A program made the translations under genes and the position numbers. From assembly GCF_036588685.1 (NCBI RefSeq), contig NC_086382.1:44601552-44665551 (forward strand): a DNA stretch of 64,000 nucleotides. Direction: 5' to 3'. The DNA is from Mytilus trossulus (taxonomy: Eukaryota). Below the pieces are notes generated by a model. The model had not been told where the DNA came from and did no database searches. It saw only the letters and a list, made by a program, of their open reading frames with translations. Position 1 is the stretch's first letter; the number at the start of each line of letters is the position of its first letter. Below, in pieces: positions 35,901-47,655 of the stretch.

Positions 35901-37627
35901 ATGGAAATTTTAGTAGGATCTATTTCACCCTGTCGCAATGTCGTAAAATACGAATAACATATTACATCATGATTGTCACAAACATAAACTTTCTCTCTCG
36001 TATTTCATTTTCATGTTTACAATTTGAGATTGTTATGCATACCTGATAGGAATTTAATTTTAATTTTTCTAATGTTTACTCAAGAGAATCTTAGAATAAA
36101 AAGCGTATGAAAGATGCACTAGCAGCTCTGTGAAAATAATTATCATGTTTAAACAAATAAGTAATCTAATTCACTTTTGAATCTTTTATTTAGTGATGAA
36201 ATGTGATATTCCTTAGGATTTAGAAGATCTAATTGCTTTCATGAATGTCCTATTTTAAAAAAAATATTTTGGCAACGGTTGTGCCTCAGCACTAGCTTTG
36301 ACGTTTCGTGACCAACTCTACTAGAACCAAGACGTAGAGTAATTAAACAATCTTACCCCTCGTATAATATTATTTCGTAATTTTTCCAACAATTCACGAT
36401 GAGATCAGTGTATGAATTTAAGTTTTTATATAGTGAATTGGTTCACTTTTCACATGGCTGGCAGTCAATGAATTGAGATTCGGGAAAAGCGGTTTAAATC
36501 TCAGTATTCCTCAATGCTCTTCAACTTCGTACTTTATTTGGACTTTTTTAAAAACTTAATTTGATGTCTTTTGTAGACGTAACACGCGTCTGGCGAAAAT
36601 GCAAAAAAAAAAACACAAAAAAATACTGAACTCCACGAGATAATTTAAAACGGAAAGTCCCTAATCACAAAATAACAAAACATATCAAATGAATGGAGAC
36701 AACTGCTGTCATATTCCTGACTTGGTACAGGCATTTTTAAATGAAGAAAATGATGGATTGAGCCTGGGTATATAGGTTAAACCTCTCACTTGTATGATTG
36801 TCGTATCAACATTTCAATCCTGGTATCTATGATGAGTTTATTTTACTGACGGGTCATTTACAAAACTTCATTCTTCATTCTCCTTTTCAATCAGTGATTA
36901 CCGAAATCATTTTTCTCAAAATTTCAATTTCTTTTTTGGGGCGGGTTGGATCCGTATGCGCACCAAACCCAATGAAGTATAATCAGTTCGTTAGTTGAGG
37001 ATGAAACAAAACGAAGACAGAAATAAGTTTTACTAGGCGTGAAAAAACACTTTAATAGCCATCATTACTAGTAGTTTCTGATTATGTTTTGCACGACTCT
37101 AATGCAACGTCCTCAAGCAATTGCGATGTAAAAAGTAAAATCACAAAAATATTGAACTCCGAGGAAAATTTAAAAAGGAAAGTCCCTAATCAAACGGCAA
37201 AATGAAAAGCTCAAACACATCAAACAACTGTCATATTCCTGATTTGGTAGAGAGATTTTATTATGTAGAAATGGTGGATTAAACCTGGTTTTAAACCTTT
37301 TCTATTTATTGCCTATTTATAGTTTGTAACAATGTACGTATTTTTTGCTAACGGAATAAAACTAGGGAAATATGGTAAATCTGTCATCTGCAACGATATA
37401 TTTTGGTTTAACTTTTCGGAATTTTGGTCGTCAATGCTCTTTAACTTCGCACTTTATTTGGTATTTGACTTCTTCTCTGATTCAAGCATCACCGGTGAGT
37501 CGATTGATGACGATACAACGATACAATTACACTATGATGACGAAATAGTTTAATTTCATAATTTTTCTTCTACTTTCTTCATTTAACATGTTTAACTTTA
37601 TTATTTTGTTTACTTCAGCATCTATAA

Positions 37628-37757
37628 AGGTAACACACGGCCACCGAAACCTTTATTATTGTGAAGCCAAGGTGGTCGTGTGGTCTAGCGCACCGGATAC
37701 AGTGCATGCGATTTGGTGTCACGATATCTCAGTAGCATGGGTTCGAATCCCGGCGAA
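37628..37757 (+). mobile_element. tRNA-derived SINE, head-only copy, abutting an (AT)8 tract
   Basis: ggccaccgaaa..ccaaggtggtcgtgtggtctagcg..agcatgggttcgaatcccggcga matches the 12.3-kb copy. Confidence 0.6.
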
Positions 37758-37960
37758 TATATATATATATACAACTCGTCTAAACATCAACCCAACAATG
37801 TAAGATCTGTAAAATTTGCTTTCGCAAATTTTTTGTTCTGCCCTCGCCCGTATTTGAACCCATGCTACTGAAATATCGTGACATGAAATCGCCTGCACTG
37901 TAGTAGCTAGACCACACGACCACCTGGGCTTCATACAAATAAGAGCTTTCGGTGGCCGGG
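37758..37960 (-). mobile_element. tRNA-derived SINE, full copy in inverted orientation, forming a large palindrome with the 37628-37757 head
   Basis: The minus strand reads ggccaccgaaagctc..gcccaggtggtcgtgtggtctagc..gggttcaaatacgggcgagggcagaacaaaaaatttgcgaaagcaaattttacagatcttacattgttgggttgatgtttagacgagttgta(AT)n. Confidence 0.6.
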
Positions 37961-38199
37961 TGTTACTTTTCTAAGTCAGTTTTAATCTAGCGTCGTACTA
38001 TATATATATATATATAATAAAAATTAATTGAGACAATTTCTATTTTTTTTTAGATATTTTTTTCTGTGACAAAATTTCAAAAATACCAGAAATCTTTAGA
38101 ATTACTCTAAAATGCGTGTTTTGCGTACCATATATTTAGCATAGTAACATAATGCAGGATACCGAGCAAAACGATATTACCAAAATAGATTAAATAGTG

Positions 38200-41100
38200 T
38201 TAAAAAGTGTGTTTTTTCCTGGAACAAGTTTAAGGGTGGTGTACTTGTATCGGCGAATTAAGATACGGAACACAAATTACCAATGCATTTCTTAAGATTT
38301 TAATCAGATAAATGATTTTCCCATACAAAATAGTCCACGTAAACCTGTTTAAAAAAAACATAGCCATACAAGTAAATAAAATATTCAACTTTTTTTTTCA
38401 TTTAAAGTTTCATCTGACTTTAACGTGCAACGCACTATACAACGCACTTTAAATAGATTTCAGTTCCAGGTACATAGTACAAATTTAAAATATTTGACTT
38501 TTTGCAGTTTCGAATGACTGAAATTAATAACCAGTTTAAACTGGATTCATTGAACTCCATAGCATATAACAAATATACACTAAGCGGTTTCAGAACCATG
38601 TTTCCGTCACTTTAATTTACATCTTTTATGTTCGATTTTTTTTATGGTAAATTGACTTCTTCATAAGTTCTAAAAGAGATTTATTTCAAGGTTTGAAATA
38701 AACTTCGTCCGGTAAATTTAAAAGTGATTGACGACTGTCTGCTTTATCAGAAAAGAAAGTTATTTGAATTGTGTTACAATCCAATTAAATTATTCAATTA
38801 AAAAGAAAATAAGTGTAATGATACATATATAGAATAACCATACATTTTCTCGAAATATCAATGTTATTCGCACATGGCTTCTAAACAGGTAGAAAGCGAG
38901 GCTGTGCCGAGCATTTCTATCTGTTTCGAGCCGAGTACAAATAACATTGATATTTCGAGACAATGTATAATTATTCTTTATATACTGCAACTCTTATAAC
39001 TGTTCTAAATGAAGTTTTGAGGGTAAAAACCATCATTTTTTTATTTTGAGCGAAAGACGTAAAATTTCCGCGAACCTGTATGTTTTAGTGACGTCATAAC
39101 TAAAACTCTACGGAAACACAATTTCAACGTCATAAACAAGGTGATATACGGTCAGTAACTGTATATCACATTTGAATATACGGTCAATGCAATTTGACAG
39201 CTCAAAAAGCACAGCTGCAGTATATATATGATTCAACCATGCAAAGCAAGCAAAATGACATTCCAAATATGCATTTGATAACAGGAATTTATAAAAAAAA
39301 ATATGCAATTCTAATGATTTTAACTATGAAAACTCGGTGGAACCGGTTAAGTTGAATTTTAAAAACATTGAAAATTTATTTATCTATTTATGCAAAACAA
39401 ATGTTTTAACTATCAACAAATCATTTATCTTTTCTGTACTTTGTGTACTTGCTACCAAAACACGTTAAAAGGTGAAGTGGTATATAAGTGGTATACAAGT
39501 TAATGAAAACGACAATGGAACTGTCTTAAAGCAGCCTTAAATTTATAAATAGTTGATTAACTTTCAATTTATATATTGTTTATGAAACAACCATGCTTCC
39601 ATATCTTACGACTTCTATGGTAAATTTCTAATAGTATTTCTGGTCTTTATGTTAACTTAGTTTTATAGATTTTAAGAGGATCTGGAATTTTTATGATACA
39701 TCACATATCTTTACGTCTATCGACTAACATAATTGACTTGGCCAAACATAGAAACATCGTCGTTCGAGTCTTATATTCTGCAGAGTTCACTGTTGATTAA
39801 AATGGTGATATTATTGAGATACAGGTGCATTGTTTATATTTTCATTTAATTTTTCAACTATTTAATTCAGGTTGATTTTTTTTATTCATTGCCTAGCAAA
39901 ACAATGTTCATTGTTAAATTTCTTTATAAAAAAAGTACATTGATAGTTTAACTAAACAGCGAATTAAAGAACAGGAAAACAAATTGTCAATGTACTTTTT
40001 TAAAATAGTCCACGTACATTTGTTTAAAGTAAAACTTAGCCAAACAAGTAAATAAAACATTTTTTTTTCATTCGAAGTTTCATCTGACTTTTAGCTTTGA
40101 TAACTAACTATTTAACGTGAAACGTACTTGTAATCGATCTTAATTCCAGGCACATTGCACTTTGTACAAGTTTAAAATATATTTTATGTTCGAAAAAAAA
40201 ATTATTTATAATAAATTAACTACTTTTACACATATTTAAAAATGTGTTCTCGTAAATCTTCATAACTTCTAAAAAAAAAATAGTTCAAGGTCTGAAATAA
40301 ACGTCGTCGGTTTAAATTAAACATGAGTGACGACTGTCTGTTTAATCTGAAAGGAAAATTATTTGAATTGTGTTACAATCTAATGGAACTTTTTAATTAA
40401 ACATATAGTTTTCCTGTATATTTCTGAAGGGTACATTTCAAAAATTTCCTTTTTTCTTTGAAATAACAGTTTTTTTCATACGGTGTTACACGTTTTCTTG
40501 GTATGATGATTGTCTGAAGTCAGCTAACATAATGCTACAATTAGTAACATCATAATAAAACCATGTACACAGTAATTGGTATCGTATGAATTACTAGCCG
40601 TGAGATGTCAAATCATATTGGGGAATCCGGTCTAGAATAAAAGAAGCCTATGTGAACACAAAATTCAAACATACTGTTTGCTTATTTGAAAAAATAAAAT
40701 TTGCAATAAAAAGTATGTAAAACTTGTCTCAATGACAGCTTGTGTCCTTTTTTAATTTTCTTTTGATATAACAATTCAATGATGCATGCATGTTTCTACC
40801 ATGCAAAGCAAACAAAATGACATTCCAAAAAATTTAAATGATTTTAACGATGACAACTCGGTGAGTCGGTTTTGTTGAAATTCAAACACATAGAACCTTT
40901 TTTAATCTATTTATGCCCCAAAAACATTTCAACTATCACCAACAACGTTAATCTTTTTTCAGTACATGGGTGCTCGGTGCCAAAACACGTATAAAAGAGA
41001 AGTGGTATACAAATAATTGAAACCGACAACTATTGCGTATAGAGAGAATTTAAGAAACTGTCTGAAAGTAGCCTTAAATCTGTAAATGGTTAATTGACTT

Positions 41101-41400
41101 TCTATTTATATGTTGTTTGTAAATAAGAATATGCAACTGCCATGCTAATATATCTTACGACTTCTGTGGAAAATGTCTTATACTGATTCTGGTCTTTATG
41201 TTTACTTACATAATTTAATAGATATTTAAAGGAGTTAAACTTCTTATAATACCTCACATATCTTCTCGTCTATCGACTAACATATCTGACTGGGCCAAAT
41301 ATCGAAAAATCTACGTTCGAGTCTAATATTCTGGGTTCACTGTTGGTGACAATGCTGATAGATATGAAATTATGATCCAGGTGCATTGAATGGACTATCT
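38200..41400 (+). repeat. local tandem segmental duplication, two units of about 1.5-1.7 kb (38200-39850 and 39950-41400)
   Basis: Long collinear homology runs from ..aaatagtccacgta.a..tgtttaaa..caagtaaataaaa.atttttttttcatt..aagtttcatctgactttta.. through ..ctcacatatctt..cgtctatcgactaacata..ctgac.tggccaaa.at.gaaa.atc..cgttcgagtct.atattctg..ttcactgtt.. to ..gatacaggtgcattg. Unit 1 has an extra block of about 400 bp at 38800-39230 that includes a short hairpin-capable inverted repeat (38852-38872 and 38939-38962). A diverged third copy of the first 450 bp lies at 34380-34880. Confidence 0.6.
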
Positions 41401-41794
41401 ATCATACACATATTTTCTACATGCCACTACGAGGTCCTTTTTGTTTTTGTTTTTTTCATTTTTGTTATATATACAATGCACCTATGACAGGAATTCGCAC
41501 GAAAAATGAACTTTACTAAAATGTTCATGTTTAATTATGAATGTTCCAACTTTTGTTAGTTTGTTTCTTTTTGTCCAAGAGTATATATATAGTCAAGTCC
41601 AGTCCATGTAATACACTCTGCATTTTTGGTCAGCTAAATAATATTTCATATTTTTAATACTAAAAAGCAGTCAGACTTTGAATCAGTATAGCAGGTTTTT
41701 TTTGTTGTTGCAAAATTTGACGTAACTTTTATACTTAACGGAACTATACCTCAATATCACTTAATAAGCCATGACATGTCATTACGAGTCACAT

Positions 41795-41945
41795 TATATA
41801 AAAAAGAAGATGTGGTATGATTGCCAATGAGACAACTCTCCACAATAGACCAATATGGCACAGATATTAACAACTATAGGTTACCGTACGGCCTTCAACA
41901 ATGAGCAAAGCCCATACCGCATAGTCAGCTATAAAAGGTCCCGAT
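41795..41945 (+). mobile_element. SINE/MITE family 3 copy (aagaagatgtggtatgattgccaatgagacaactctccaca..ccttcaacaatgagcaaagccc..cagctataaaagg)
   Basis: Reverse-orientation copies are at 4680-4815, 18440-18605, 24095-24215, 28138-28290, 61430-61560 and 60960-61040. Plus-orientation fragments are at 8741-8800 and 63130-63200. A diverged copy is at 25310-25440. Confidence 0.6.
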
Positions 41946-43899
41946 ATCACATTGTAAAACAATTCAAACGAGAAAACATAAGCTCTTTTAATATTTTACT
42001 TAACATCGACGAAAAGGTCAAAATATCTGATTGTTAATCTTCTTCATATCGTAAATGTATCCATTCACTTTTAAAATGCAGTCCAACATATTTAAGGTGC
42101 TTTAGAAAATAAGATGTATGGTAAGGGGACTTCTATTCTACATTCTGCTGAGGAGGATTAAAAATCTATTCTGTCCCAATGAGAACTAAAAATAATTATC
42201 CTTGTCTAAAATAACGAAAATGAACGTTTTACCCCAAAAATATGCATGATAGACATGTTTTTAAAGGTAAATATTATAAACGAAACCTGTAACAGGTCAA
42301 ATAGATATCTGTCAGAAACAAATCCTTCTTCTCTGTTCCGCCAATAACAACTCCCCAAGAACATCAAATGACTTTTCCCTTACCATTGATTTGAGATAAT
42401 ATCTGAATTATTGTAGCAGACGTATCTTTTAACCTTTTTAGCGGGTCGACGATTTCGGCCATGGACGTCAAGAACCAATTTTGTTACATGTTGGCGATGG
42501 CTACCATTTTCCAACTGACATTTTGGTGAAGCTTTTAGCTGTTTACTCCTGGTCTCGTTGAAAGTTGACAATAAAATGCTGGACAAAAACAGTTGTGTAG
42601 CGCTAAACATTGTTCAAAATATTGTTGATTCGTTTTGCTCATGGGTATACTTTTTCGTGGATCAAGGAAAACGAACTATTTCGTGGATATTCCATTTCAT
42701 GATTTTGGTAATTTTTACCACTCAAGGCTTTAAAAAAGTTTAATTCGGGGTTAACTTGTACCCACAACATTCACAAACATTGGTACCCAGCGAAAAAATT
42801 ATCTTTAGTAAACTTCCAAAATTTCAGTATATTAATTATTAATAAGATGGAAAGTTTTTTGTTTTTTAGTTTTTTCTTGGTTTGTGACCCGGATTTGTTT
42901 CAGTTAAATAGATTTATGACATTTCAATAATTTGCCAAAAATGGTCGACAGTATAGTTAAGCATAAACTCATTTGGTTGTAATGAATAACTGGGAAAACT
43001 GAAGTTGATAGCGTCACCGATTTGCAACTATTAAAACAAATCTATTATAAATCACTAACGAGAAGAATTACTAAAGGGAAATCACCTTTGACAATATAGA
43101 ACTACTCCTATTCAAAGATGTAAAAATTATTTCACAATTCAACAAGTCCTGTTAGTGATATCACTAAATCATCTTAAATAAAGTTACGATTTATAATATC
43201 CGTAAAGTTAAAACAATTGTGTGTAAATAATCTAACATTTAAAATGTACCAATATTCTTACATCCCAGATATAGTTTATTTAACAGATTTTTATTTACGA
43301 TTTACTCTGTTTAATGATTGAATCAATGTGAATATCATCATAAAATATTAATATATACAAAAGGGTCATGAATCTAAATCTGTGGAAGGCTGTTATTTTG
43401 AATTTAATTTTTAAAATATTTACTTGATTTTAATTTTGTATTTTTTAACCTAGCAAAAATTTGTTAATTATTATATTTTTATTACAAAAACATATATTGC
43501 TATTTCAATTCAACGGTTGTTGATTTTTTGTCACTTGGTATAAGCAGTCACCTGTTCAAATCTGAATCTGACAAAGTTCATAATTTCATTTTCCTTAGAG
43601 TTCAGTATTTTTGAGATTTTACATTATACTTCTTTTGCTTTAATTACATCCGTAAATCTGATATCGAAATTTACATAGTTAAAAGCAATGTGTTTTCCCT
43701 ATGACCTCTATACAAAAATTCTGAATATATATATATATAATTATCTTTTATATCGGGTTATTGGATATATCGTGATTTAACCACGGGTTGGTCCTTTATT
43801 ACAAATATTTTACCCAGAGCGATGAACCTAAATGACGATTGTACTTATATGTCTTATAAGTAAACAAAAAATGGCACATTTAACACATTTTATCATCGT

Positions 43900-44110
43900 G
43901 TGTTGACGTTTCATTGTTTGTGATGATTTTCCGTTTCACAAGCGTGTATTTACCGTAACATGCTTATATTCTGACGTCAGAGTTCTATGACGTCGGGTAG
44001 CGCATTCATAAAAAGCAAATGACGTGGGAGTACAATCGGCACAGCCCAAACAATATATTCATATTTTACCACGGGTGTGTACTCAAAACGTTTGAAGGAC
44101 GTCATGTTAG
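43900..44110. promoter_or_regulatory. cluster of five TGACGT (CRE/ATF half-site or full-site) motifs within about 200 bp, including the full palindrome cTGACGTCAg at about 43973
   Basis: The motifs are tgacgtt at 43905, tgacgtcag at 43973, tgacgtcgg at 43992, tgacgtggg at 44022, and ggacgtcatg at about 44098 on the other strand. This GC-containing hexamer recurs far more often than the roughly 67% AT background predicts. No adjacent gene was identified. Confidence 0.3.
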
Positions 44111-47100
44111 AATGTTAAATAGTTATTTTTATAGGAATAGACTTGCATTAATTTTTAAATCAAAATCATTTGGTCTCTATTGATTAGTTTGCAATCAAAC
44201 CGCATATAACTTTTTTATATTAAAACATAATTCGCATGCATCTAAACTACAAAGGCATTATGCATGCACGATATGTATTTTAATTCGGCTTAAAATACTT
44301 TATAATCCGTTTATATCGCCAACATTTGCAACAAAATAGGCTATCATTGCAGAATAAGAATTTGGCTTTACTGAGAATATGGTATAACTGCCAATATGAC
44401 AACCTGAGACCACATGACTTAGGTTAAGCAATTTTTGGCAGTCTTGATTATGTTTGGCAGATTCTGTAGGTCACATAACCTTTTATAAACATAAATACAC
44501 GTACATACACATAAAACACGTGCAATAGTTTAATTGCCATTTGTCTAGGTCTATTTGATTTCATGTCTTATATCAAAAACGTGTTAATCATGGAGATTTG
44601 TAATCATGGCAATATCAGTGAACGATAGACAATTACCGGGTAGCTGATTTTGTTCACTTTCAGTATTGACATTCTTTTTTTTTACTGATAACTAAACATG
44701 CCTTCACCATAAATAACCATTCTCAATTATAGCGAAATATTATTTCACGACTCATGGGCTTGAAACAAACAATCATTTGTTTTGTCCAACTTCGTAGCTA
44801 ATGTCCCTTTTATCATCTGCAAATAAAATTATTTTAGAAGAAGTTCTTAACAACATTTGTTAAAGATGAGAGCGGTTTGATAAATTCTTCGTCTTCAAAA
44901 TAAATAAATGCATACGATCTGTTCAACAATTTTTTTTCTAACCTTACCTTAAATTGTCTTTCGAAATGAATCAATGTCCGATAAATGTCCGATAAATCCT
45001 TCTAATTTTTTATTACAGACACAGATCAGTAAGCACTACAACCGTAACGCTGGTGATTTAAGATATGCAAATCTCACCCTGCCTTAATTCTGTAAGATAT
45101 AAATAACGTATTAAATTATAACAAATTATTTTCATAACTACTTTTATTTTCATATGTTTACAAAATGTTATGGAGTTATGGACACGCGTTTGGTATTTAA
45201 ATTCTTTAATTCACTTATTTCTTCTATTTTTATCTTCCAAATGGGTTTGAAAAAAAAACAGGGTATATCGGTATGTTCGTACAGTTCTGGAAAACAATTC
45301 ACAAGGTTCTGAAGCATTATGCCTAGCTACATGGCATACGATAAACTTGGGATAAACTTATATATAATGTTAGGTCAATGTCAGAAAAAATATAAAAAAA
45401 TTTGTACGCGATTGAGAAACTGTGAAAAGGCGAGGTTATACAGAGCCCTTCACCAGTTATGTGTCGAAAACAAACAAGTTTCAAATAAAAAAATTTATAC
45501 TGCAACTTAAATTAAAAAATTGATAGCTATTTTAATTGATTTTCATCTCTTAATGAACCCCTGATTGTGGAAAAAGTGTTCCCAACCGAAATTGGCATTG
45601 TACAGCTGTGTTACTTTATTTAGTAATATACACAACAAGTTACAGTATAAAATGTTGTACAGTAGACATAGTCGAGAATGTTTTATTTACGAACATTTTA
45701 TCTTTTAGTAATGAAATATCCAAAAAAATTTGCAATCGCGTAAATTTGAATCTATTGATGATAAAACTTTACGTGTGTACCCTTATTATTTACCATTATA
45801 TCTCTGTTTTCTTAAAAAAACTAATGGTATTTTATTCGACAAGTGAGAGCTCAAGCTAGCTATGAAACCAGGTTTTAACAACCAGGTTTAATCGAACAGT
45901 TTCTACATAAGAAAATGCCTTTGACAAATCAGGAATATGACAGAACTATATATCCATTTTTATTTGATGTGTTTGATGTGTTTGAGCTTTTGGTTTTGTC
46001 ATTTGAATGGGGACTTTCCATTTGAATTTTCCTCTGCGTTCGGTATTTTTGTTATTTTACTTTTTACTTTGTTTTGTATGATTTTATAGTCTTTTAAACA
46101 CAACGCGTGTCTGGCATAAATACAAAATTTAACCATGTATCTATGATGAGTTTGTTTATCAAATACATATGAATAAACTGAATTTCAATGATAAATGTTC
46201 GCAATATTTACATAACTGTTTTTCGAAAGAAAAAAACCAGTTAATCTTGGGGTGAAATTGTTGACTTTTAAACAGAAATATAACTAGAACTGTATCTTTC
46301 AAGATTAGTTGCATAATAAATAAACTCATCATAAATACCAGGACTAAATTTTATGTATACGCCAGACGCGTGTTTCGTCTATAAAAGACTCATCAGTGAC
46401 TCTCGAATAATTGATGATTATTAATGAGTAAATATAGGCAACATCATTTTATCGATATACAAATTCCTAGATTGATTCGAAAAGTCAAATCGAGGTAACA
46501 GACAAGTTCCGATCGATTGATTGATTTTTGTTCTAGGTGTTAAACGCCACTTTCAATACTTCGTGGCAATATCGAGATGGCCAGTGTAAACTTGCTGATG
46601 CCACTGAAGTAGGTAGAGAAAACCACACCCATTTGGTTATCCCTTTCAATTAAAATTGTTTTATGTATACAACAGGAGTTGTAAGATAAAAGGCATACAC
46701 ATGTTTCCCATAACGTCAATGCAAATTATTTTCCGGTTTTACTTCCGAACCGCGAGAAAATGTCCACCAAAACACGTTTAAATATATGTCATAGTTAGTT
46801 TCTTAAAGAAATAAGAAAATACTCACGATCTTTCGTGTATACATTCAGAGTATTAATGAAATTTGAAAGTGTATTCACATGAAAATGCTCTCAGACACAT
46901 ATATTTTACCTAAATGCATGTTTTGAATGAATCTGTATTGTTATAGCGTATGCTGTCATTGTACATGGCATGTTTTCATCACCTTTTGATCGTATGATAT
47001 ATGTTTAAATGCATGTTGACATATTTACACTGTTGTGTTAGAAAAAAATAAAAGCATTTGATGTTATTAGTTACATGGTGTGCTAGTGACCTAATGCGGT

Positions 47101-47479
47101 ATATATTGGGACCACATATATACCGAAAGTTAGGAATTTAAAGTGGATTTCGTTAATTTTATGAAACATTTTCTTCTACATTAAATAAACTCATCATAGA
47201 TACCATGCTTAAAATTGTGTATTTGCACCAGACTCACGTTTCGTCTACAAAACAACCGTTCAAATTATAGAATGTATACAATGATCAAACGTCTATAACA
47301 TTCACCCTCCGAGTCATTGAATCTCATTACGAACCAACTTTTTTAGTATTTGACGTTTCGAGAATGTAACTTTAACACACTTATGGTTGACATGTATATT
47401 AATTATATGGTCATTTTTTTATAAATTTTCCGTTTACAAAACTTTGAATTTTTCGAAAAACTAAGGATTTTCTTACCCC

Positions 47480-47655
47480 AGGAGTAGATAACTTTAGCCG
47501 TATTTAGCACAACTTTTTGGAATTATGGATCCTCAATGCTCTTCAACTTTGTATTTCTTAGGCTTTTTAACTTTTTGATCTGAGCGTCACTGAAGAGTCT
47601 TATGTAGACGAAACGCGCGTCTGGCGTATAAAATTATAATCCTGGTACTTTTGAT
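47480..47655 (+). mobile_element. SINE family 2 copy
   Basis: It is about 90% identical to the 386-575 copy. Confidence 0.55.
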
